A DNA stretch of 64,000 nt from Eledone cirrhosa (lineage: Eukaryota). The notes below the pieces were generated by a model. That model did not search any database. It had not been told where the DNA came from and saw only the letters and a program-made list of their open reading frames with translations. The DNA lies in assembly GCA_964016885.1 (NCBI GenBank), contig OZ024744.1, positions 25,916,001 to 25,980,000 of the forward strand. Direction: 5' to 3'. Of this stretch, positions 45,368 to 57,945 are shown in pieces (the stretch's first letter is position 1; every line of letters begins with the position of its first letter). The translations under genes and the position numbers were made by a program.

Positions 45368-45744
45368 GAAGAATGATAAAATTTCAAGCAAAGAGTTTAA
45401 TTAGGTATATTTTGTAATATTATTAACTAATTATTATAATTAACGCGCATATTTTGCTATCCTCAAACACGTTTACACATGGCATGAAATATAACTAATC
45501 CGAGATGGCTAGGTTTCATCTTCTAACTGGATAAACGAAATCCATTATGTCTTGACAACAACATGAGGTAACATTATGTTATTCACAGACACACTTTGTA
45601 CACTGTTCCATATCAGAATGTATTTCCTTCGTCACATTCACAAACAGTATTGAAAATATGTTCTTCGGCAAATAAAAATGTTTTGTTCATAATATTTCAA
45701 CTAGCGATTGCTCTACTTCACGCACGACCACCATAAATTAATGA

Positions 45745-45930
45745 CCAGCTCAACACAAGTATTGGTAGAGCGTCAGACACCATGCTTTGCAGTATTGTTA
45801 TGGTCCTTTGCATTCTAAGTTCAAATCCTGCCGAGGTTAACTTCGACTTTCATACTTACTAATTCGATAAAATAAAGTACCAGTAATGGACTGCCGTAAT
45901 GGATTTGTGCCGAAAAATAGAAACACTATT
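45745..45930 (+). mobile_element. Octopus-type SINE, diverged
   Basis: agttcaaatcctgccgaggtt...gataaaataaagtaccagtaatg. Confidence 0.7.
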
Positions 45931-46481
45931 AATGTGCAATAAGAGCAAAATATAACGACATTGCTCAATTATTTTATCTAATGTTGTAATAACACAAGGA
46001 AATGTTGTTTGTGTATTTTTTTTAATATTTGCTCATAGGCTTTTACAATTTCGCTCAGCCAACAACTATTAAAAAGTGAGTTGCTTAAGATAACAATTTA
46101 ATCACAAATTGTTGCTATCTTTTAATACACTCCAACAAGTCATCAAATTATGTACAATAAAAACAAATCTTATTAATTTGCTCAGGGAATATAAAGAAAA
46201 TGTATATACACTGATAATTGCAAATGTATGTAAATATTTTGTTTTTGTATTGTATATTTTATGTTTTCTATTATGTATAATATATTGATTTAATATTGAT
46301 TGTTTTTTGTAGTTGTTTATATTAAAAGTCTGAAAATATTTTTATACATCTTACACTAATATTTATAAGATAATTTATAATAACAATTACATAATCTAAT
46401 TACATTACAACGATAATTTATTATTAATATATATCCTGTTTAACTAGAGTTCTTACAAGCGTTGCCTTAAAAAAATATTAA

Positions 46482-47438
46482 ACTAGACATGAAAAATGCG
46501 CAAGCTCAAAAGTGCCACAGAATGTTATAATAAACCTTCAAAAGTGTGGGACTAGAGTTGTTGCTAAAAAATATTGTAATCATTATATATCGTACATTCT
46601 GTGGCATCCTTTATAAAAATAGCTTAAACCAACGAAGCCTTTATTTTTACGCTATTTCACTTAGTTAATTCTTAGAGTGTAACATATAAAAATAAATACA
46701 TCTATGTTTAATGTAATAACAGCTATAAATAATTACGTAATATTATTATCATATACTCATAGTAACAAAATAATTGTGTTGAAACTTAATATGATGCTTA
46801 TATGAACGATCAAATCTATAATGATAATTTCTTAAATATACTAATAGTAAAATAATTTAGTTATCTATTGTTACATTTTCATAGAACTATAATATTAACA
46901 ATCGTATTGCATTATCAAATTTTTATCACTACAAACTTTCATATTGGAATTACCTTAAGCCACTTATTATTACTTCGCTTTCGTACTTTTACAGCTGTAG
47001 ATATTGCGCTGTATCTTATATCTAATATCAATATCTCGTGGTAATTTGCATGAAGTGTAAAATAGGTTTATTAATAACTTTAATATGAAATGTATTATAC
47101 AGGGCTGCGGAGTCGGTCAAAAATTGACTGGCTCCAACTCAGGATCCGATACTCCATTATTTCCTAAATTTCAGCTCCGCAGCTCTGTTATTATATTAAT
47201 TAATTTATTTTATAGTTGTAAATCATATTTTTATATGTTACACTCTAAGAATTAACTAAGTGAAATAGCGTAAAAATAAAGGCTTCGTTGGTTTAAGCTA
47301 TTTTTATAAAGGATGCCACAGAATGTACGATATATAATGATTACAATATTTTTTAGCAACAACTCTAGTCCCACACTTTTGAAGGTTTATTATAACATTC
47401 TGTGGCACTTTTGAGCTTGCGCATTTTTCATGTCTAGT
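46482..47438. mobile_element. Non-autonomous element with ~213-bp inverted repeats
   Basis: 46482-46694 and 47226-47438 look like exact reverse complements. The AT-rich spacer has no ORF. Confidence 0.85.
47100..47187. mobile_element. Tiny MITE-like insert
   Basis: Ends cagggctgcggag / ctccgcagctctg. Confidence 0.55.
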
Positions 47439-47652
47439 AGAATATTAGTCTACGACTTCTTTTATACCATAAACGTGGTCCTGTCTTTGCGTCTAATTAT
47501 TTTTCACCGCTCCAAATAATAATGTATTATATTCGTTTTTCCCGTTCTTTGCCAGGGAACATTTCCACGTACCAAAGTATCGACTTCCTGTCTTCCTCCG
47601 GTTGCAACGTTTTTTGAAATATTTACTTCTGCGTTTGCAGATTGACTTTGTT

Positions 47653-47703
47653 AGTTTCAGAAGATCCCGTTAAGGGTGAAAGCAGCGATTCTTTGCTTAA
47701 ACT
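47653..47703 (+). ncRNA. Hammerhead-like motif family C, best copy
   Basis: agttt-CAGAAGA-tccc-gttaa-gggt-GAAA-gca-gcgattctt-tgc-TT-aaact, then a short tail into (TA)n. Confidence 0.6.
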
Positions 47704-47723
47704 TTAATCTGTTATTTTAATAA

Positions 47724-47851
<128 letters not shown>

Positions 47852-47880
47852 TTACAGAGAGAGAGAGACATTAGGTAAAT

Positions 47881-48710
47881 TCAGGTGATAGTCTCTACAT
47901 ACCTTGTCTTGACTTCCTTATCCACCAATACTTCCCACTTTTTCCCGTAGGTCAACCTAGACCTGTCAGTTTTGAGAGCTTCTTTGGCTTTAGGTAGTCT
48001 CAAGCTGTAGATAACTAGATGCTGATCAGTTGACAACTCAACTCCTCTCTTAACACGAACATCCAGCACATCCATCAAAGAGATCAGAGACCATTACAAA
48101 ATCAATTATTGATTCCTGTCCCTGATTTCCCATTATAGCATGTATATTTACGGATGTCTCTGTGATGAAAGAAGGTGTCCATAACAGAGATTCCATTGCT
48201 AGAACAGAAGTCTAGCAAGGTCTCTCTATTCCTATTTAGATCGGGGTCACCATATCTTCCAATAACTCCTTTCCATGCCAGGTTGTCAGAGTCAACATGT
48301 GCATTGACGTCTTCCACTAGAATATATGACTACATCTAATGCTGCAGTGACTTCATCAAGGGATGATCTGTATCCGGACTCCTTGTTTGGTGCATAACAT
48401 TTTACCATGAACAGAGAGCTATCTTCAGCCTAAGCTTCACGGGGCATATCTCTCTCCTAATGGGATCCAGTCCATAACACATTCTGACAGCCGCGGGCTG
48501 GTGTGTATCCCCATCTCACCTGTGTAGTCATTTTTGGCACCACACCTAAAAAGTGGAATTGCCATGCTCCATCCAAATCTACATTACCAGAGCCACGGAA
48601 GTTTGTTGAGGAAACCCCAACTATATCTAAACAGTAGCAGGCTACATTCTCAACTAGTTCCTGCTCCTTTCCTGTAAGGGTTGTAACCTTTCAGTTACCA
48701 ATTGTCTAGC
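47881..48710 (-). pseudogene. Second RTE-type APE endonuclease remnant
   Basis: DVNAHV...GVIGRYGDPDLNRN..LLDFC; DVRVKRGVELSTDQHLV. Confidence 0.8.
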
Positions 48711-49184
48711 TTTGCTTTCATCCCACACCTCATAGGACAGCGCGCAGATCAATTGTCAGTTTTAGAAGCGTTGGGTGGAGACTGCAATATATATTTCGAA
48801 TAGACCCCTGTAACTAGTCTTAGATTCTTCCGCGCCGTTCGGCCCATCGAGCAGTAATTGCTCGCCAACGGTCACGATCAGCGGCAACTTTTTCGAGGCC
48901 GTGCCAGGTGATGTTGACTGCCATCAGGTCTTTCCGCAGTTAGTGTAGAAATATATATATATATTAAGTGAAGCGAAGTTAGTTGTTGATATTAAACAGT
49001 ACATAATAGTTAATTCGGTTAGATATAACATTTACTTCACTTCAGTTAGAAAAGGAATATGATTACTACTAATCATAAAAGTACAATGTTGTATGTAAAC
49101 ATTCGTAAATGAATACCGTGTTGTTGAAGTTTTGTTGAAGATACTTTGTTTTATGTGTTATACTGAAATAGAAGGTACCAGGTG

Positions 49185-50012
49185 TTCGTCGGTAGTCGAG
49201 TCCCTAGTAGAGGAGACTTCTGATGTCATCTCCCTCGGACCACCTCCCTACTATCGTCTGTCATTAGTATCAGCCCCTAGTATTTGAGACTTCTGGTGTC
49301 TTGGCCCTAGGACCACCTCCCTACTATCGTCTGTCATTAGTATCAGCCCCTAGTAATGGAGACTTCCTTGTGTCCTTGGTCCTAGGACCACCTCCCTACT
49401 ATTGTCTGCCATTAGTATCAGTCCCTAGTAGTGGAAACTTCCTTGTGTCCTTGGTCATAGGACCACCTCCCTACTATCGTCTATCATTAGTATCAGTCCC
49501 TAGTAGTGGAAACTTCCTTGTGTCCTTGGTCCTAGGACCACCTCCCTACTATCGTCTGTCATTAGTATCAGTCCCTAGTAGTGGAAACTTCCTTGTGTCC
49601 TTGGTCCTAGGACCACCTCCCTAATATCGTCTGTCATTAGTATCAGCCCCTGGTAGTGGAGACTTCTGGTGTCATCTCCCTAGGACCACCTCCCTACTAT
49701 CGTCTGTCAGTAGTTGAGTCCCTAGTAGTGGAGACTTCTGGTGTCCTTGGTCCTAGGACCACCTCCCTACTATCGTCTGTCATTAGTATCACTATAGAGG
49801 TGGAGACATCCTTGTGTCCTTGGTCCTAGGACCACCTCCCTACTATCGTCTGTCATTAGTATTAGTCCATAGTAGTGGAGACTTCCTGGTGTCCTTGGCC
49901 CTAGGACCACCTCCCTACTATCGTCTGTTAGTAATATCAGTATAGTAGTGGAGACCTCTGGTGTCCTTGACCTTAGGACCACCTCCCTACTGTCATCTGT
50001 CATTAGTATCAC
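49185..50012. repeat. ~75-bp tandem repeat, about 11 copies
   Basis: ggaccacctccctactatcgtctgtcattagtatc... recurs at 49385, 49460, 49535 and 49610. Confidence 0.95.
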
Positions 50013-50403
50013 CACAGAAGTTAAAAGCCAAGTGACCAGGGAAGGTGTCGTCTCTTTTGTAACAGAAAATTCTCCCTCTGCCCTCGTTCCTTGACAGCCT
50101 AGTTATCGAACGCTGGTTATTTTTTTAATCAAAGGTGGATGACCTCCCCCTGCGTTCTCTTTCATAGGAATGGCCATGTCAGTGAGAGGATACGTAGGAA
50201 CATTTCTTTCGCTATATTAGTTCCCCGCTCAGATTGAAATCGGAGTAACGATCGATAATCGAAACGGTGGCGAAATGGAGAACCAATGACCTCGGACCCA
50301 AAACTGTCACCTACTTCCCTTGTAGAAAGAGAGAACAATACCGTAAAAATGATAAAATAAATAAATAAATAAAATGAACAAATTATAGATGTGATGGAGA
50401 ATA

Positions 50404-51680
50404 TTACTCTACATATTGGGCATAGTGAGATGGCCAGTACACATGTCGACCGGAGCTGGTACTTGTTGACAGAGTTCGGATTACCGGTGGATGGGAGCAC
50501 TGGTGTTGGGTTAACTTGGTCTGACAGTGAGGCTTCATCCAAATCCACATGAGATTTTTTAGCCGATCGCCACTGACAGCATCCCTCTTTCCATTAATGT
50601 CCAAAATGAAATGCTTGGGTTTCCTTTTGAGAACTTGGTAGGGCCCAGAGTATGATGGTTGCAAGGGAGCCCTGACAGTGTCCCTTCTGACAAAAACGTG
50701 TCCATTGGGGTATGTCAGATGGAACTTGAGTAGTGATACTTTGAGGGCGAGGGGAAACGGATGGCAGGTTTGCCATGTAGGTCCGCAGGCAATGGATATA
50801 TTTTATTGGATCTGCGGGGTATTTAGACTCAGTGCCAATCATTTGCCTGGGTAATACCAATGTGGTGCCATAAACTAGCTCAGCCGGCGAAAAACAAAGA
50901 CCTACTTTTATGGTGGAGTGAATTCCAAGACGGATGAGGGTTAATATCTCCAACCAGTTGCTGTTGTTGTCATAGGCTCTGAGAGCAGATTTTAATTGTC
51001 GATGGAAACGTTCCACCATACCATTAGCTGCAAGGTGAAAGGCTATTGTACGTATTCGACTACAACCTAGGAGGCGTGTCAATTCGTTCAGAAGGTTCGA
51101 TTCGAACTGGCCGCCTGTGTCAGTTGTGATAGTAGTTGTGTCATAACGCGAAATCCAATGCTGTACTAGTGCCTTGACAATAGATTCGGTTGCGGTGTCG
51201 GATAGAGGAATGGCCTCAGGCCACCGCGAGAATCTGTCTACACAGGTCAAAAGGTGAGTGCAACCCTGAGAAGAGGGCAGTGGTCCGATGATGTCAATGT
51301 GTAGATGCTGGAAACGTGCATCTGGTTTTGCGAAGGTTCCCAATGGAGTTCTGACATGGTGGTGAAATGTTGCCTTATGACACGTAAAGTCTGGCCCATG
51401 CCCTGACAACCTTGTTTACACCAACCCAGACAAACCGGTCTGTTATTAACTTCAGGGTATAGTTGGCACCAGGATGCGATAGGTCGTGCAGCGCAGAGAA
51501 AACCAAACGTCGATGCTTTAGAGGTACGACACATCACACCAAATACAAGCAGGATAAAAAGGTAGAGAGAGAAGTTTGGAATACAAGGAAGAAGGTGAAG
51601 AATTTCGGAGTGTGAGGAGCTCCCCTGTTGGGCGGCGGCAATATCTCGGAGGCTGACGGAAAAAGAGGTGTGGAGTGCAC
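50404..51680 (-). pseudogene. Gypsy/Ty3 LTR retrotransposon integrase remnant
   Basis: HDLSHPG zinc-binding part; HLHIDIIGPL, TCVDRFSRWPEA, TTDTGGQF, NGMVERFHRQLK; GPY motif; frameshifted. Confidence 0.92.
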
Positions 51681-51789
51681 CCAACGAAAGGACTAATTCT
51701 ATTTAATCAAATACGGAGTAAGCACATGTTACTTACCTAATTTTCAAATTCGCATATTAATATATATATATATATCAGGTGCTACGAGA

Positions 51790-51837
<48 letters not shown>

Positions 51838-51846
<9 letters not shown>

Positions 51847-51884
51847 CATTCATGTTTACATCGATATTTCAGAGCACCAATCCT

Positions 51885-51930
<46 letters not shown>

Positions 51931-51976
51931 AGGATTGGTGCTCTGAAATATCGATGTAAACATGAATGTATGTATA
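51838..51976. repeat. Perfect ~52-bp inverted repeat flanking (TA)n, containing a 3' half hammerhead-like motif
   Basis: tacatacattcatg...cctaataat (TA)n attattagg...catgaatgtatgta, with GAAA-tatcgatg-TA. Confidence 0.75.
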
Positions 51977-52216
51977 GCATATTTCGCAATATACCGTATG
52001 TTTAATTAAACACATTTTGAAGACCTTGCGCTATTATTTTAAAGTAATGACTATGTCACTTACTTCTTTTTTTTTCGGCAAAAGAAGGGGAAGAGAAACT
52101 AACAGAGTCTGTTTCACACTGTTGTTGATCATCAGAACCACGTACTCCTTTACCGAAAATCATAGAATCTGGATTCTTATAGAATTCCAGTAATAATCAG
52201 GAGCTGATTATACAGA

Positions 52217-52404
52217 GCGATGGATTGGCACTATCGGTAGGGGGTCGGACGCCATACTTTCCAGCATAGTTACGTCCCTTTACGATCTGAGTTCAAATCC
52301 CGCCGAGGTTGACTTTGCCTTTCATCCTTACGGGGTCGATAAAATAAAGTACCAGTAATGCACTGAGTATTTGCTGGCCTTGTGCCTAAAGTAGAAACAA
52401 TTAT
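52217..52404 (+). mobile_element. Octopus-type tRNA-derived SINE
   Basis: Near-identical to 28018-28205. Confidence 0.8.
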
Positions 52405-52907
52405 CTATAAAAGGCAGATTGTTGTTGTTGTGTGTGTGTGTGCATGTTCCATGTTTATAAATTTGCACAATTTCAAACCCATTCGACTCAATATCTGTAA
52501 GAATGTTATAAATGGTTTAACTTAGGTCAACGACTATGTATTTTATTCACACTCACCCACAATTACGGAAGTAATCGATAAAACTAAATACATGACGCTT
52601 TACCCCTCTAATAGTATCTGATTACCTCTCTCTACATCCCTTAAACTTTAAGAGAAAGAGTGAGAGTGAAAGGGAGAGAGAGAGAGATAACGTTTGTTTT
52701 TGAGTGCGGAACGGTCAAATATTTATTTACTTCAAAGAGAACTTATTACATTTCATACGAAACGACAATTATTCAAAAGCAACAGATAAATTTATTCAAC
52801 AACCAAAAAATAGCGATAAATCTTTTTTAAAACATCTATCAACGAACGTTGATGAAAGAAGTATCAGTTCATTTACTATATACAATAATATCCTCTATGA
52901 GGTCACT

Positions 52908-53005
52908 AAACCTGCTAGAAACAGCAGCTAACTCTCCCCCATATCACACCCCTCCCTACTGTCTTAAAATTAGAAAACACATATTAGACAACCATGCAGA
53001 ACAAC
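52908..53005 (+). repeat. Second SINE-like dispersed repeat
   Basis: cctgctagaaa(c/t)agcagc... also occurs at about 4040-4072 and 55578-55690. Confidence 0.5.
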
Positions 53006-53204
53006 TCCATCGCAGCTCTGTTGTTCGGCTGGCATCGTCTATGCGCGTGTTGCGCAAGTACTGTGAAACAATAAATTTCAACACTTCTTTACACAGAGAT
53101 AATATCCATAGGCGAAACTACGATTGTCACTGCTGGCGCAGCTCCTGCTTCGGCAGTCCAGGTCTGCAATTCATTCAACCAGTGCCTGGCAGACAAAAAA
53201 GTGC

Positions 53205-53758
53205 TGCCATAAAATGGACAAATCCATTATTTATTCTCACATATTGATCTGTTTTCTGAGAATCTGGGATCAAAGAGCGACGAGCAAGAGAGAAATTCCA
53301 TCAGGACATGCAAGAGATAGAGACCAGGTATCTGTTGGACGCTGGGATGCAGTTATAATGGCTGATTACTGTTGGACTCTGAAGCGAGACACCCCTGCCG
53401 CAGAGCATTCTAGGAGTTCACAGAAACGGGAGTTCAAGCCCTGAATTTTGAACAATGATGACCTAACATACAATCTATATGTACTCCCCTTTATCAATCT
53501 CTACTATTCAATGTACACTAATCAGATGTGTAACGTTTAATTAATGAATCGTGTTACAAAACGATTTTTTTCTCTTAAAAACCTATTTCAGGGGAGAAAT
53601 ATTAACAAGAATGTAATCGATTTAGTCTGAAGATCGGATATTATTTTAATCGACTTAGCACAAAAACCTGACGTGATCGAGAGAATCGGATGTCATTTTC
53701 AGATTCAGCGGTGCAAAATTGTCCTAAATCAAAATAATCTTTTTTTGTAACTCAGTGT
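53205..53758 (+). mobile_element. DNA transposon 3' remnant (possibly Sola-type; clade tentative)
   Basis: Frameshifted IHYLFSHIDLFSENLG..SDEQ/EKFHQDMQEIETRY/GRWDAVIMADYCWTLKR. Confidence 0.6.
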
Positions 53759-53934
53759 AATTACTACATACACACATCTATGTGATTACTGAGGAAGGAG
53801 GGGAGAGAAACTATAGAAGTCCAGCGTTCTAAGATTCATCACAGCTTTGTGTTTGTATGTTTGTATCACTTGTTTGAGTGAGCGCAAAGGAACCAACCAA
53901 CAAACAAACAAACAAAAATCTCTTTTTTATATTA

Positions 53935-54324
53935 TGTATTGATAAAAAAGAAAACAAGAACATTTAGATTGAGAAGAACGAATGGAATGTAAAATATTAA
54001 AATATAAAAAAAGACTGGAAAAGAGAGGAAATGGCAAGAACTTTTAGTGTCACAGGAGAATGTGAAGGAAGGGGGGGGGGGATAATTGGGCTCTGAGCCG
54101 AGGGCGCGGTGGTAATGGGCTGCGCCCCGCGGACAAATCTGCAAAAGCATTCCCACAGACAATAGCCAGCGACACCCGCTGCAACAAAGCCCCACCTCGT
54201 GGGGCTCCTTCCTCAGACGGGCCGCCGACGTTGCGATCTTGCGAAGGAGCTCTACAGTACAGGGCCCAAGTACGCCTGAGGTCTCGACGGAGACAGGGGC
54301 GAAGTTTTTCTCTAGATCCGACAC
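53935..54324 (-). mobile_element. CRE-like LINE 3' fragment
   Basis: FAPVSVETSGVLGP...; the UTR resembles 63565-63730. Confidence 0.7.
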
Positions 54325-55847
54325 AATTTTGTTTTTCGTTTACTAAATTCTCTCAACAATTCTATCAAGATTAATAAACGAATAGCTTAGAGCATTATAT
54401 ATTAATCTATTTTCATGACGCTTAACTAAATTAAATTCACCTCAAGGAAATATATTAAAACATATATATTAATATATATTATATAATGGGGAAAGTTATA
54501 TAAGGCTAAACGATACAAAATGGACGATAAGATGAAGGTAAGGAAACATTTAGGTACCTGGTAATCTTTGTTTCTGTTGCTTTTGTTTCTTTCGTCTTAA
54601 TATTTCGGGGCTTAAAGTTCCCCTATTTATAGTATAAGGAACTCGGAGAAAACTGTTCCTTTTTCTTCTCTTTGGAATTAAATTTATGTTTATTAATCGT
54701 TTTCACTTTTTTTTTTTTTAATTTCCCAAACATTTATCTACAATAGTTTATAACTTTGCCTATTAATCCGTATGGTGAGCAAATGGGGTCCCACGTGCTG
54801 GCCTCCCCACACACCCGGCGGACACGATTGAGAAAGCGTTTCCCCGGAGGATGGTAAGGGAGATGCAATGGAAGAGCCATTCCAACTTGCGTGGTTCACA
54901 CCTACGGCTGGCCAGCTCAGCGTCTGTGGTGGGGAATAGGGAGGTAAGTGTTTTGTTCCCGATACGTTCGAAGATGACGTCAGTTGCCGATGTTATATTT
55001 CATGAAATCATATTATATACGCGGGCCAAGTACGTATTTCTAGTTTCCATTCCATTCGGTTGCTGTTGATCTACTATTGTAAGAAGTGGCAGCATACCGT
55101 TTTTGTTTCATCTATGTCGGTTTTAAGCCGACTTGTCAAAGTTTGCTGATGTCATCAGCACCTAGGCGGAATTTGAACACAGAACGCAAACAGCCAAAGC
55201 CGCAGAACACTAACCGCAGAACAATTTTTCTAGCTATCGGCCGTGGGCTGACACATTTTTCATAGAACCACAAAGGATGAAATGCAAACTTGACCTCATT
55301 TGGGACATAAGCTGAGTACAGTTTTCCATCCCATGTTTTACCAATCCTAACCTGCTATTTTATTTGTTTGCTTTTTTTGGTAGCTGTGTATAGTTAAAAG
55401 ACAAGCTGTTCCTTTTTCCGCCAGAGGAAAACAAAATGATGGTATTTTATTCAGAATACAATGTGATATAACACAGTATCACAACGGCGGTCCATCCGTC
55501 ATTCTACCCTTTTTGAGATCCAATAATTTATTTCATTTGCATTTCTATATTCTAAGAGAGAACCTTTACGTTGTTATCGACCTGCTAGAAATAACAGCCA
55601 CATCTCCTTCAAATCCCATTGGATAAAATCTATGTCTAAATAATGATGTGATGGTCACGCTTGTAATGTCTTTTATCACAACTCTGCTACATCGGGACAG
55701 ACATAGCCGAGAGTGATCAACAACAGTGAATCCCAAAACATACCTTTTGTTGAACCCATTAATTCAATTACACACACACATGCATATACACATACACACC
55801 CACATGCACAAATATATATGCATGCATACATATATACATGCGTATTT

Positions 55848-55879
<32 letters not shown>

Positions 55880-56092
55880 GAATCACCAGTCAGACGAGCA
55901 GAGCGATACTGGAGTCATGTCCATATCTTACATTGATGAGCTTGAGCCAATCATCTGCGAAATGTGCGTAACAAGTCGATACCCAATAAAAGGGTAACTA
56001 CATACAATATAAACGAAATGTCATCGTTTTTCTTTATATATATATATATATATATATAAAGAAAAACGATGAAATATATATATATATATATT

Positions 56093-56134
<42 letters not shown>

Positions 56135-56142
56135 TATATAAA

Positions 56143-56535
56143 GAAAAAGAGATGAAATCGAAAATGCAACTGAAGTCTTTTTTTTTTTTAAATATATATA
56201 TTTATTTGGTTCCTTTACCGGTTTCGCAGTTCTTCTGCTTTTCAAAAGGTGAGTTGAGGTGGAGGGTCTGTGGTTTTTCTTGCTTTTCAAAAGGTGAGTT
56301 GAGATGGAGGGTCTGTGGTTTTTCTCACAGATGTGAGAAAAACCACAGACCCTCCATCTCAACTCACCTTTTGAAAAGCAGAAGAACTGCGAAACCGGTA
56401 AAGGAACCAAATAAATATATATATTTTTAAAAAAAATAAGACTTCAGTTGCATTTTCGATTTCATCTTTTTTTCTTTATACTTCCACTCTTGTAAGACAC
56501 CTCGGTTATTTTTCATTTTGTAAAAAAAACCTCAC

Positions 56536-56542
<7 letters not shown>
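56143..56542. mobile_element. Family A fold-back copy with two intact U3-A8 hammerheads
   Basis: Inversion centre ctcacagatgtgag; ~45-bp duplication in the left arm. Confidence 0.85.
56367..56404 (+). ncRNA. Minimal hammerhead with U3-A8 core (mirror copy at 56212-56249, minus)
   Basis: cctt-TTGAAAA-gcag-aagaa-ctgc-GAAA-ccgg-TA-aagg. Confidence 0.75.
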
Positions 56543-56611
<69 letters not shown>

Positions 56612-56842
56612 GTGTAGATATGGTTCATAGTATTAAGCTTGGCCTGTCTTTTTAACACCTCACTCCTCACTGATTAACCTCGATGTCACGTGATTGTTCT
56701 TATGAATTTGCCACTGACCAGGAAGGCGGTGACGTTTTCAATGGCTTGGGATTTAGTCCACGCTAGCTTTTTTCCATCCACTGAATTATTTTTGTATTCG
56801 ATCCCTGTGTCTGTGAATCGCCAGGAATCTTAGCCGAGAATG

Positions 56843-56924
56843 ACTCCCTGATGAAGAAAGGATTCTCCATAGTCTCCATTTAGAGACTATGTATATCCCC
56901 TTTCAGAAACTAATTAGTTGGAGT
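56843..56924 (+). ncRNA. Type I hammerhead ribozyme with extended stem II
   Basis: actcc-CTGATGA-[gaaagg..catagtctc/gagactatg..cctttc]-GAAA-ctaattag-TT-ggagt. Confidence 0.85.
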
Positions 56925-56975
56925 GAAATTTAAGTAAATGAGTTAATTACTATAATTTTCTTATTTTACGTCTTT

Positions 56976-57020
<45 letters not shown>

Positions 57021-57111
57021 CGAAGGAAATGTGGTAAGGAACCAGGTGGACCATAACGCACCAAAGTACTCAATACTTAGGGTAGTAAAGTGGGTAATAG
57101 GAACAAGTAAG

Positions 57112-57205
57112 ACCCCGACGGCTGAGCACAAGCCGTTTCGACGGCTAATTCTGGACTGAATGAAAATTTATTCTGGTATTTAAATAGCCGAGCTTATCAA
57201 TGGGT
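57112..57205 (-). ncRNA. Hammerhead with U3-A8 core in family D (element about 56999-57210)
   Basis: accca-TTGATAA-gctcggcta..tagccgtc-GAAA-cggct-tgtgctc-agccg-TC-ggggt. Confidence 0.65.
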
Positions 57206-57684
57206 AATTCCATATATGGTCAAAGAGATAATCACGAGGATTGGTCACATCACAAGTTAGTAGTAAATCTGTGATGGCAAATTGGTGGGGGAAGGGGTAG
57301 CTAAACCTGCCGGTAGGAGAAAAAGGGAGAGGGGGTGGAGTAGACCCATTCATGCGTTGGTAGTGCCGGCTACAGCTGGGCATGAGGTCAAAGAGGATAC
57401 TGGGGAGGGGGAGGGGATAGGGAGGAAGTCGATACGGTCAGTAGAACAATGAAGGGTAAAACTATAAAAAGTACTGAGAGAGAAAAAAAAAAAGCAAAGT
57501 CTGGTTACTAAGACTTAAGTCTCTCGCTATTGCTAGGCTAAAGAAATACATAAATAAATAAATAAACAAATAAGTGAATAAAAGAATAGATAAATAAATT
57601 TAAAAAAATATATATATAATGAAGAATAAAAAACTAAATAATAATAATAATAATAAACTAGGTGGGACGGAAATAAAAGGACCC

Positions 57685-57794
<110 letters not shown>

Positions 57795-57828
57795 AGATTT
57801 GAATGGATACAGTTTAGTTGAAAGGAAT

Positions 57829-57945
57829 TTATTGACACGTGTTTCTATAACAGTTACATAACCTAAAACAGCTATCTACAAACTTTTAGTTATGCAGACA
57901 TTCAATATTTCAATGTTATTATTTACTGTCATTTCATCAGAATAA
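57829..57945 (-). ncRNA. Hammerhead ribozyme with long stem II, left arm
   Basis: Reverse complement of 60888-61004. Confidence 0.8.
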
